DNA of 64,000 nucleotides, taken from assembly GCA_016748015.1 (NCBI GenBank), contig JAAOMT010000664.1, positions 318,715 to 382,714 on the forward strand, written 5' to 3'. Shown here in pieces: positions 52,422 to 64,000 of the stretch (the stretch's first letter is position 1; the number at the start of each line of letters is the position of its first letter). Source of the stretch: Geosiphon pyriformis uo1. Its lineage: Eukaryota; Fungi; Glomeromycota. The translations under genes were made by a program, and so were the position numbers. The notes below the pieces were generated by a model. It was not told the DNA's origin. It searched no databases and worked only from the letters and a program-made list of their open reading frames with translations.

Positions 52422-54682
52422 TCAATATCTTGTTCGAGTTAGTGAAGGCTTCCATTGGACTGGATGAGTTTCTGGAGTCTAGAATGACGAGTGAAAATAG
52501 TTTTAGTATAAAAATAACCAAAACTTTAATAGCTCGGACACGTACTGCATTCGGGTCTTCTTTATATATCTTAATAGTCTTATCGGCCTCACAAGTGATG
52601 AGCCGTAAACCTGTTCGATCAAAAGTACAGGAAAATATTCCGGCTTCAGATTCGAGGGAACCTGGTTGAACAGTGGCTTCCATTGCTTGGAATTGGTAGC
52701 CAGATTTCCAATCCCAAAAGGCCATTGAGCCATTATCCGCTGTCGTAGTTAAATATCAAAGAGGGAAATCCACAAAAGTCACATAAGATTTTTGAACATT
52801 ATGTGTCATTTAAATTATAATCGCCAACTTTAACCCATGGCTTACCTCCAGAAAACAAGACATTGTCGGCATTTACAGCCAAGGCATTAATTATTGCCCG
52901 ATGTCCCTCAAAGTTTTGCATAAATACGCCCTCTGGGCATTTCCATTGTTTAATGTTATCGGCACTTCCACTGGCAAATGTAAATTCTTTTGGGTGTACT
53001 GCAAGGGCTCGCACTGATTTTTTATGATGGGTCAATGTGCACAAGGTCTTTCCAGCTGCTAGATCCCAAAGTCGGATTGTCGAGTCCATCGAACCTGTTA
53101 TAACCTGGGGATCTGCCTCTTGACATTTCACATCGGCAACAGTAGTATTGTGTCCACTTAAAACATGGATGCATTGTTTTGTGCGCATATCCCAAACCTT
53201 GAAAAGTTAAGCCCAAAGGGGAGTAAATTCTTTTTCAGAAAATTAATGAATTAATATAAAGAGTAGCTGCTCTTACTCTTGCAGTAGCATCTCTCCCGGC
53301 TGTGACTAGGATGTCCAACGTGGGATGCAAACTTAGAGAATAAACACCAGATAAATGTCCATGGTAATGTCGAATAACTTTATTTTGTTCAAGATCCCAG
53401 CACTTAACCATTTTGTCTTCCCCACATGAAAATAAATATGGATGTCGAGGCGAAACAGCTAATCCACGAACAGTAGAAATATGACCAGTCAGGGTGACTT
53501 TTAATGTTCCAGAAGCTAAATCCCAGATCTGAGGGATTATTGAAGTATACAATAAGGAATTATGTACCAAAGTGCCTGCTTGACGGCTAATAATCCCAAC
53601 GAGATGAGAGTCTGAAATTACCTTGATTGTCCGGTCACCTGCCCCAGTTACAAACCATTTGTTTCCTGGCTCAACAGCAACTGATCGAACCCATCCCAAA
53701 TGTCCACTAATAACTCTCATCAAAATCCATGGAGCATGCCATTCTGGTTTATGCATTCTCGGCGTTTGACGTCTGATAAGAGAATCGGTTGCTGCGCCCA
53801 GAGTAGTCCTGAATCCTCCCTTTTGTCGTATGGCAACCACACCATGTGCATGTTTTGCTGCCTCTTCTCTTTAAAAGAGCAAATAAAATTATTAATATTG
53901 ACGAGTAATACACCAGTTAAGGAAAATTTTATATATTAATTATCAACTTACTGAGCCTTTGACGGGGGGAGACTCTCAATCAAACGAGCAATGCTACTCT
54001 CTGATACTTCTCCTTCCACGGCGTTCTCGCTTGACAATGTGACCCCTAAATTAAAGGACAATATATAAGTAAAGGAAATCATAATATCAATATGAACTTG
54101 ATAAACCATAATATATCTAACATCATTACCGCAGTTATCAATAATTACCAGGATCGGATGGATAAGCATGACCTCCACTTATTTCTAGAGCTGTTTGCGA
54201 AGAAATAGAGGGAACATTGCTGGGTAAAACACGCGCTTCTGAAGTCATTTCGGTGGGATCAAGAGGATATTGTTTTTGACTCCTCACTCCTTTACCCTGT
54301 TGAGCCAATAAGGCAGAAGGGAGTTCTTGCACTTCACTATATTCGTCAAAAATTTTAACATGTAATTTGATTCGTTGACTAAAATAAGCAGAAAGAGTGA
54401 TTAGACAATTGTTCACTTGAAATAGAGGCCCTAAACATACATAGAATTCAAAAAACTTGATCGAATGCGTAAAGTGATCGGGTGTTTCTATGAAGTCTTT
54501 CAACAAACACACCTTTCTTCAAGTTCTTGAAGAGTCACATTGCCTGAAGGGCTAATCAAGTTTGTTGTCTCGTCAAACATGGCTCTTGTACGCTTATAAG
54601 ACATCCGCAATAAAGACTCCAATGTGGGAGGAGAGATGTTGCCATGGATATCAACGCCGAAAGGCAGTGGAGTAGCGGCCAT
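52422..54682 (-). CDS. PRP46: Pre-mRNA-splicing factor PRP46/PLRG1 (WD40)
   Basis: [33 protein letters not shown]; [47 protein letters not shown]; [12 protein letters not shown]...[17 protein letters not shown]; last exon [18 protein letters not shown]. Confidence 0.97.
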
Positions 54683-54742
54683 GATTTAAGTGCGTTTGGC
54701 TAACGTCAAAAGATGGTCGGGAAAAATGTATGAAAAATGAAA

Positions 54743-54749
54743 TCACGTG
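54743..54749. promoter_or_regulatory. TCACGTG E-box upstream of PRP46
   Basis: Exact motif ~60 bp upstream of the ATG, right at the boundary with AT-rich DNA. Confidence 0.4.
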
Positions 54750-55155
54750 TCAATTAACTAACATTAATAATTTTAAATTTATTATCTAAACCAATTATTT
54801 TATGTATAATTGCCATTATTCATGCAATAATATTATTTGTATTTGACTTAAATGAAAAAAACTGCAAAGAGCAAAAAAGCTACATTTTTTTTATCTTTTT
54901 TATTACTTAAAGCAATTGGTAATCTTTTTACTAATAAAGCATTAGTAGTTATTAAGACTGTTTAATAGTATTTTATAAAAGTGTTTTTTTTAAATAAGAT
55001 ATTTTTTTATGTTTGATTAAAAGTTTTTTTTTAATTTTTTTAAAGTGGATTATTTAAAATAATTTTAATAATGTTTTTATCTTTTTTAAAAATCCTAAAG
55101 TATTTGATAAAAAGCCAGTATTACTTATAAAATAATATGAAAAAATAATAATTAA

Positions 55156-56669
55156 TAGTTAAATATAGCATAAATTAACCAATTATATATTAAAAACAAT
55201 TAAATAACATAACAGAAATTTTAAAAATACTAAAAAATTTTAAAAATTTTAAAAATGTTAAAAATTTTAACAATAATTTAAAAAAAATGTAAAAATTATT
55301 AAAATTTTAAAAATTTATATTATAAAAATTTATAACAATAATATTAAAAGCAATTTTTACATTAAATTTTACCAAATAATTTTAACAGTTAAAAATTTAA
55401 TACTTAAATTAAAATTTATTTAATAAAATTACAAATTAATTATTTATTATTCAATTTTTATAACTTAATTTTTAATTTATTTAAAATTACTTATTATTAA
55501 CTAATATTAATAATATTAATTTACAAAATTTAATAATAATAAAATAATAACTCTTAATTATAACTATTAATAAAATATTAATTTATACTTTATTTTTTTG
55601 GATATTATAACTGAAATCTATATTAATAAACTAAATTGGAAATTTTTTTGATATATTTATAGATTTTTAAATAAATTTTTGCAAAATTATATCTTATAAA
55701 AATTAGTTTTTGCAGCTTTTATTTTTATATACAATATCTAATTCTTTTATTAACATAAAAATTAAATATAAATTTTATTAAAAAATAGTTAAAGTTTAAT
55801 TCTAAATTTTTTATAAAAATATTTATATAATAATTTTGTAAATTTTAAATAGTTGGTTTTTATAAATTTTAGTTTTGTTATTTTTGCAGATTATTATTAA
55901 CTAGTATTCTGTTTTCTATAAATTATATCTTATAAAAAGCATTAAATATTATAAATAAATTTTTAAAGTTAATAAGTTTTTATAATTTAGTGTTTAAATA
56001 GATTAATATTAAAATTTAAAAATTTTTTGAAAGTTTTTTGTATAATAAACAAAAATTTAATTTAATAGTAAACAATACTCAGTATTTGATTTTTTTGGTT
56101 TATACTCTTTTAATAAACAATTTTAGTTTTTAGAACTATATTTATGTTTTTTTTGTTATCTTTTATTAAGTAATTCTTAATATTGTAATCTTAATGCTTT
56201 TTTTTAATTAATTAGTAAAACAAACAAACAAACAAAAAATAATAAAAAATAAAAATTAGTATTTTGTTAATAATTATAATTAAAAATTATTGTTTTAGTA
56301 TTAATAATAATATAGTATTAATATTAATAATATCAAAAAAAATGAATTCTAATATGATAAATATTAATTTATAAAATAATATTTAAATATAACTAATTAA
56401 TATGTTTATTAAATTAATAATAAACATTAACTATTGAATTTAAATTTTGAATTAATAATAAAATTAAATTAATCTTTAATTAAACTTGTTTATTTTTAAA
56501 ATAGTCTGTTTTTTTTGTTTATAATACTTTTGTTATATATATATAAATCTTTATAATATAAAATTCTTAAAATTTTTACAATTTTTTTTAAGTTATTATT
56601 AAAATTCTTGGTATTTTTGAAATTTTTGATATTATATGTTCTGATAATTTTTTATTTTGCTATTAACTA
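55156..56669. mobile_element. Probable ancient non-autonomous TIR element, extremely AT-decayed
   Basis: 55155-55335 and the revcomp of 56540-56672 share collinear blocks (AATAGTTAA..TAGCA; AAATTTyAAAAATACyAA; AATTTTAAyAATAAyTTAAAAAAAAT; ATTTATATTATAAArATTTATA). Low complexity weakens the match. Confidence 0.5.
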
Positions 56670-56996
56670 TTTATTTTATTTTATTTTTTTATTTTTTACA
56701 TAAATAATAATATTTAAAAATATTTAAATAAGACTTTAAGTATAAAATAAACAAAAAAATATGTTAATTATTAGACTAAAAATAATTAAAATAAAAAACT
56801 AAAAAAAAAATTAAAAATATTGTAACCAAAAACCAATAATTAAAAAATAGAAACATTTTTTTATTTATTTATTTATTTATTTAATGAGTGGAATCCAAAT
56901 ACTACTTAGTGCTATATATCATACAAATGATCTAAACTAGGCGTGAATCATGCCTTTGCTACATGTGACCAGACACTCAGACCAGTCAGAACAATA

Positions 56997-59900
56997 CTAT
57001 GCACTTATATGAACAGAAGCCAGGTCACCAACACCTGCATAAAACAAACAATGCTTACGATACTCAAAACTAATGCCAAGTGCATCAACAACACCCAACA
57101 ACCTAATCACTCCAGCCGAAAGCCATGTAGAAAAACCAAAAACAGTGACAGGAATGGAACCATCACGTGGAATCAGCTTATTTTTCTCCATAATGGCCTG
57201 GTGTTTCACATGGACCAGCCAAATATTATCACAAAATGCAAGACAAAACTCATGTACAAAATTCACAATATTGACTACTGTTACCTTAGGATCCTTGTAA
57301 ACAGAAACAGACTTGCAATACCAATCGCCGAAAACAAAGCCCTTACATAGGACCGTACTGACAGCCACATCTAAAATGCAAGTCAACAACAACTGCAATA
57401 TGCATGAAGAAGAACAAGACAGACCAAAACACACCTCTCAGACAGCTGTATAAGTATCCAACAAACTGGTGTGACTATTAGTATCAGAAGAGCAAGAAAA
57501 AACATGGTCTGAAACTTTAACCTCGCCACAGAACAAACAAACTAAACTGGAATAACCCCTATTATACAGATGCTTTCACACAGTAACAGGAAGACAATGA
57601 TAAAGGGCTTTCATGAAATATGTACAAAAGCCAGTCATCTGAATATTAGTAAAACCAGTTGCCATATGGAAATCCGGGTGCCACACCAGAGAGGACTTCA
57701 ACCAGTCAATATTAGCATGCAGACAACCTGAAACAACCTGAGAACCAGAACCAATCTTTTAATGTGCACAATTAATAGACCTGAATACGTCACAAACAAA
57801 ATGTTTCGAATTACTAGAAACCATATCAACACCAGCCTTTAAAAACCTCTCACTGACCAAGTGAGACAGGTGCCAAGCAGAAAGAGCAGCATTCTTAGCA
57901 AGCACATCAGCCCACTCATTGCCTAAAACACCCGAATGGCCCTTAACCTTAATCCAATTAACATCCAAATTTTTGCGACAAATGACATTGGCGATGTAAC
58001 AACACTCAATCCAACAACAATTCCTGATATCAGAACCAACTGATAAAGACTTCAACCTGCAAGCATCTAAAGCCACCTGGCTGTTCAAAAACAAGTCAAC
58101 CAAACAAAAAGAAGGAACACACTCAAGAGCTAAAGCAACGGTCTGCAACTCCACCAAAGTAGAAGAAACCAAACCAAAAACCTTCACACCCAAACCCAAA
58201 TCAATGTTCTCAAAGAAAACCACAGCACCAGCCAATATGTCAACAGTGTCCAAGTTACTCAGAGACTCATCTGTGTACACAGAGAGGTGGGCGGCACCAA
58301 CATTCAACAGATTGTTACAAATAACACCAAAACCAAGAGACTGACGGATGTCAGAAGAGCCACAAACACCCTTATAAGAAGAACAACCAGAAAGAGAAGC
58401 CATACCACCAAGAAAACATACAGAGAGATCAAATCAGGAGAGGACTAAGCCACAGGGGTCTAGTCTTTTCCAACATTTGAAAGTCTTCCAATCAAAAACA
58501 ATGCCATTCTGGTTACAAAGCTGTTCTATAAAAGCTATACCATAATGCCTGAGGGAAGAGACACATTTAAAGAAAATTGTCTCGCCGAGAACTAGGGACA
58601 TAAGAGTACCATTTTGAAGATGAAAAACATTGGCCAGAGAGCCATCCAAAGACAAATCACACCCAGAAAAAATACGAATCACATCTGCCAAAAAGTTGTT
58701 TGAAGAGCTGACTCTAACATGAACAGGAAACAACAAAGGGTAACAAGGATGCCAGCCGAGAACCTGGAGATCGTAAGACCTATAAGAAAACAAGCAATCC
58801 AAAACACCAACCGAATTTGCAAAAGCAATGACAAAAGCCAATTTGCTCTCAGCCTGAATTTGCTTAAAAGTTTTTAAATTGTACAAGGAAGGATGATAAA
58901 GTGCATTATTGGGAAAGTCCAGAGGCAGCCCAGATTTGGATTTCAGGCCCTTGCAAATCAAAGCATCTTATTTATTACACACACTGAGAGGAATAAAACT
59001 GAACTGAGTTTTATAGCTGACAATAGGAACAAGAACTAAAGACACCAAATAAGCAAACTGTTTATTTGAAATAACTTTTTTCAGAATGAGATTAACAAAA
59101 AACCAAACATCCAAATACGTCTTAACCAAGCTAGGCTTCAAAAAACCTTCAGAAGATAAAAAAATCCCTAGATAACAATGAGGTTTATCTTTTTTAGCAA
59201 TGGAAATTGGCATACCACTGATAGTTAGGTAAGGAGCAGTGACCTAACAGTTGATAGGAATGGTCACAGTCTTGTCATTGTTTATTGAAATGTCATTTAA
59301 ATAAAAAAATTACTAGCAACATTGAGGATGTGTTGTGTAGCAGCCTGGCTGCTGCCAACCCAGATAGTATCATCAACAAAAGCACTAGCAACCAGAAACG
59401 ATGTCAGCCCAGCTTGAGATTCCACCTGGCCAGTCTTAGAAATGAAATGAGAAATCAACCTGTAACCACAAATGCTCTCCTGTCTCTTAACCTTACACAA
59501 AAGTGAGTCATAAAATATGTGCCAGAGAAGTGGCAAAAAAACCTCTCCCTGATCCAATCCATTGTAAACATAATATCCATCAGTCAAACCAAAATCTGTC
59601 ATTACTCTGTTAGTGTGACTATTATAAATGCTACCAAAAAATCTGATAAATTTGTCACACATTTTGACTCTGATCAAACTCCTCTTGAGATGCTTCCAAC
59701 CAACAGAATCATAAGCTTTGCGCATATCCTGTAAAACCAGCCACAACTCTCGGTTCTTTTCCAAAGCATCTTCAATCACTGAACCAATAGCAAAGATAGG
59801 CGATTGAGTAGACGTACCTTTCAGGACAGAGAAATTGTCCCCATGGAGGACATCAAAAGTGCTACAAGCCAGAGAGATCCGATTTAAAAGAATCTTGGAA

Positions 59901-61684
59901 AGAACCTTGCGAGCTGTCTCAATCAAAGCAATAGAATGGGTATTTGTAAGAACTCCCTCCTATTTGTAAGGTTTAGGAATCATCGAGACCCAGGCTTTCC
60001 TCCAAGATCTAGGCACTGACTTACAACTCAAACAAAAATTTAAGAGCACCAAAAGCATATCTAAGACTGACTTGTCACAATGTTTCCAAAGTTCATTAGT
60101 GATACCAGAAAGACCAGCCACTTTTCCATCGGGCAAATTTGAAATAACACCAAACATCTCATCAAAACCAATTGAATGCATTACATCAGAGAAAGCACCA
60201 TCGAAGACATGATCCAAAGGCTGAAATTGCCTTGCCTAATCATCAGAGATATCAGAAGCCACCACACATTTCCTAATCCAATCCTCCATGATTCCATCCA
60301 CCTTAGATTTAACCAAATCAGGCTCCAAGACCAACTCCCTACCATCCACCAAATGATCCAACACCACTTTACGAAAAGGACACTCCAAAACACTTCTAAT
60401 GGTGTGACCCTTATTCACATCAAAACTCTCCATTCTCCTCTCAATAGCCTGCTTTATATGAGATTTTTCAGCATGCTTAGATTTCAATAACTTAGAAAAG
60501 CGGTAAAACTTCTTTGCCTTAGCCAGTCCAGAATAGATTGCATTAAAACCAGCACTAGAAAAAAACAGAGAATTCACTGGCGAAGCACCCACAGAATCTA
60601 TCCTGTTCCAAGTATCCAACAATGAGGCAAAATTCCTGCCAGAAACCAACCAAGAAGCCTTCATCAGTTTAGATACAAGTAGCTTCAGTTTATGAAACTG
60701 GGAAGAAACCTTATTAAAAACACACTCGAAATCCTTAAACCATTTTTTCTTGAATGTTCTACCAGCCGAAAGAACCATAACTTTACGAACAATGTTCCAC
60801 ATTACATTCAGATCAGAAAACCGCTTAGCTGCAACAAACTCATTCGAAAACATAACAGCATTAGCAGCTGTAGCATTCCTGAATTTTGACTACTTAATCT
60901 CACTGGTATTTTTGATATCATACTTCCAACAATCTCTATTTGCTTGTTTGTGCAGTGAATTCAACCAAACATCGAGCAGCCCATCCAGTCCCACAAAAAC
61001 ATAAACAGCCTTGTGATCGGTATCAAAATAGTTCTCAATGCCATCCACACCATGATCTACCACCACACCAACCAAATTAGAAGAAACAAACACATAGTTA
61101 ATTGTCTTAGAGATACCATGAAAATTGCACCAAGTAGGTGACTTTACAAAAGAGCTTTCCTTCAAAGAGTTAATCAAACCCAAATTAAAACACTTTTTGA
61201 AACTGGCACATTTGTGCAAACCATTCTTATTAAAGTCACCACCAAGAATAACAAAAGAAAACTCATTAATGGCTTTAGCAATGAGAGAGTTGATCTCACC
61301 AGCCTGAGAAAACTGAACCACTAATGAAGCACCAGCATAGAGCCCCAAAATAGACACTGAAAGTTTATTTCTGAAAAGAAACTTGATGAATAGGAGCTGA
61401 CCAGGCATCTCAGAAACCTTGCAGACATGTTTTGCCAAAGAAAAATCCACAACAATTAACACCCCAGCACCCAAAGAACCAGAATCCAGACCAAAAGTAA
61501 AAATCTGAACACCATCAAATTTGTTGGCCAACCATGGGTGAACTTTCCCTTTAAGTTTTGACTCCATAAAAATAGAAACCAAATTGTTCATATCCTTGTG
61601 CCAACAAATGATATCATCTTGCTTCGCAGGATTGTTCAACCCACAAACATTACACATAGCAATTTTTCATACCAGACCACTCAT
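56997..61684 (-). pseudogene. LINE ORF2: AP endonuclease, RT, RNase H, C-terminal Cys/His motif
   Basis: CNVCGLNN...ILGGDFN...FDTDHKAV (APE); QDMRKAYDSV, GLDQGE, AFVDD (RT); VYTDES...WIKVKGHSGVLGNEWAD (RNase HI); CLFCGEVKVSDHVFSC. One frame with premature stops. Confidence 0.93.
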
Positions 61685-63480
61685 TAAGAAAGAGGCAGAG
61701 GAAGAGCACCACCTGTCAAAGCCAAACCATTCAAGTGTGCTGAAAGAATTATGACCAAAGCAAAAAGACCTTTCAACATATTTTCCAATTTTACAATCTC
61801 AGATGAGGCAGTTGAATCCAGAATGGCAGCAGTCTTGTCACTAGTGGCATTACCCGAACTCACTCCCATCACTATATTCTCCCCTTGATTTTGTGATGAG
61901 GAGATTACCAGCAGCTGACATCCAGGGCTAGGCTGGGAAACTGCCAGCACAAATGATTCTAACCTCTTAACCAACTTACCAATTTGTCTTGTAAGGCTGA
62001 CAAGACTGCTTTCAATGTGAACCAAACATTTTTCCAAATCATCTGCAGTAGAAGAGAGAGATTTACCAACATTGTCAGAACCAAGAAGCAAACCAGCACC
62101 ATGAGAATTGCACACTGGAGGAGCACCAACAACTAATGCCCAGGTCTTATCACTAAAGTCAATGGACAAGAAATGAGCACGGATTTTCAAGCATAGATAG
62201 TCACCAATCTGACCTAATCCTGAGCAGAAAGAGATGCCTTTCTGCCTCTCAGGGTTGAACCAACCTTAACTGAAACACAATTGAGAGATATGTAACCAAA
62301 AAGACCACAGACCGAACACAGTGTCAAAGAGAGACGGAACCAGCAAAGGCCAATTTCCTTTATAATTGGAGTTGCAGCCATTGCACTAACCAGATCAAAT
62401 TCAGACCTGAAGCAAACAGTAGCACAGCAAGCACAGGCATAGTTAACAGGATTACAATCAATAACACATGTTTTCCCACCAACCAAACCAATGAAATCCT
62501 AAAGGTCATGAGCATTTGTTCTCATAGGAAGAGTGTATAGCAGTGTCCTGAATTTGTCTCTGGAATCCCATGTCTGTTTGTTAACATCGGCTCTAGTTAC
62601 ACGTACTGCATCCTTTCCAATGAGGATAGACTATTTGGATGCCAAAAAATCAGCCTGAATCTGATCTTCTAATTTGATAATCACTTTTTGCCACAGACCC
62701 ACGAGTTGCATCTTGATCGACTTAATCAATCCAAACTCGGACACAGCAGCACACACAGCCTCCACAGAAGTTCCTACAGGAATTTCTTTTATCACAATTG
62801 CCTGATCCATATGGTTGTTTAAAGGATGCTTGAGATCGGTGTTTACCATAACACCATGATTATTTGCCAATTTCTTGGCAGCCATCATTGCCTTTTCTGA
62901 AGTGAAAGTCACACAAATAATTCCACCAAATTTTGAGGGAGTAGAAGCCCCCCCAAAACCATTCACACTTGAAAAAATTTTCCTGATAAAACTCAATTTT
63001 TCCTGAGAGGACTTCCCAGTGATGGTCACAAAATCAATATCTAAAACAAAGGATTTGCAAACAGATACTTAAACAGTCGGTTTGATAGGTAGAGGGAGTG
63101 GGAGAAGAGAGAAATTGTCTAACACGTCATTATCTGTATTGACAGTACCATAATCAATTACACCCAGAGGCTTCCCTAACATCTTTTTGGTCTTTACACA
63201 TAAACCCTTTGGTGTCTGATTAGGATCCTCTTCCATAAAAGCACCACCCTTACCATAGTCAATACTGGTTTCTTTAACCAAGCACTCCTCTTTCATGTTA
63301 ATACTCTCAGACTCAGTAGTGTCACCTGTCTCAGAACTTCATGAACGAGCACCAGGAGCTTCAGCAACAATTTTTCTATTATCAATACCCTCTGCCAATA
63401 CACCTTCCTTCCTCTTCTTTCTTGACACAACTGTCTTGAAACCACTCTCAGAACCAGAAACTTTAATAGTCTTCTTTATA
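61684..63480 (-). pseudogene. LINE ORF1 (RRM-like repeats, CCHC knuckle, coiled coil)
   Basis: AIVIKEIPVGTSVEAVCAAVSEFGLIKSIKM; VGGKTCVID; CSVCGLFGYISLNC. Start codon is probably decayed (ATA at ~63480). Confidence 0.85.
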
Positions 63481-64000
63481 ACAGCAATAACAGAGCCAAC
63501 AGTGGCCTTGTAATCAAAGAACAGTTTTGATTTATTATACTAAATAATAAAAAAACTTCTTTCGAAAAAACTTTTAACTCTTTTTTGGAAATTTTGGATG
63601 AAGGAGAGAAAGAAGTTTTTTTTACATTTTTTTTGGCATAAAAAAATATAAGATATAATTAGTTTTTTATAAATAATATATATTTAAAATATTTTTTGCC
63701 AAATAAATTTACAAAAACAGATATATTATATTTTAAAACAAAGTATTTAAAGTAATTATATTTATTACAGTAAACTAAATTCAATTTAATTCAAAAAAAA
63801 TTAACACTATTAAATACAAAAATAATACAAAATATTTAATTTAAATTTATTTTAAATTTAAAATAAACAATTATATAATAAAGTTTAATATTTATAATAA
63901 ATAATCTATTAATAACACAAATTTTTTTATTCATTCTATTTAATAGTAAACCCAAATTATATACAGTTATTCTTATAAACAATATAAATAATAATATTTT

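Larger units (their letters stand above)
56855..63530 (-). mobile_element. Full-length LINE (~6.65 kb), least decayed copy in the window, with (TAAA)n tail
   Basis: ORF1 + ORF2 + ~115-nt 3' UTR ending CTCATTAAATAAATAAAT. The 5' end is approximate and no TSD was resolved. Confidence 0.93.

Noticed and set aside
9430-54682. Host genes as a functional cluster (TAF14, YTH, KH-like, PRP46)
   Set aside because: Housekeeping genes from unrelated pathways, with no evidence of co-regulation or shared origin.

Overview
Fungal nuclear DNA: very AT-rich, with short GT-AG introns. Gene content and TE families suggest Glomeromycotina/Mucoromycota, possibly Geosiphon-like; this is inference from recall, not a search. 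Two intact gene islands alternate with transposon graveyards. Island 1 (~9.4-28.8 kb) holds BRO1, a two-PH-domain protein, an orphan multi-exon gene absent from the ORF track, TAF14 (YEATS+ET) and a YTH-domain m6A-reader. Island 2 (~49.2-54.7 kb) holds a KH-like uncharacterised protein and PRP46/PLRG1. The TE blocks contain a decayed hAT, several APE-RT-RNase H LINEs, and an ORF1-only 'half-LINE' that shares the LINE 3' UTR. One LINE is split by three LTR insertions: two solo LTRs and a full 10.2-kb Ty3/Gypsy element. That element has 877-bp LTRs, a gag frame that appears to start inside the LTR, a Cys-rich insert plus dUTPase between PR and RT, integrase in a separate frame, and an extra ~220-codon 3' coding region. 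The strongest signal is mutational: the two LTRs differ by about 64 substitutions (hand count), all C>T/G>A, with no indels, a 5'-TC/CC bias and none at non-CpG 5'-GC. The only other difference is a 5-nt hairpin-loop inversion. Neighbouring genes show no such decay, which suggests a repeat-targeted hypermutation process unlike canonical CpA RIP. All alignments and exon calls were done by eye.
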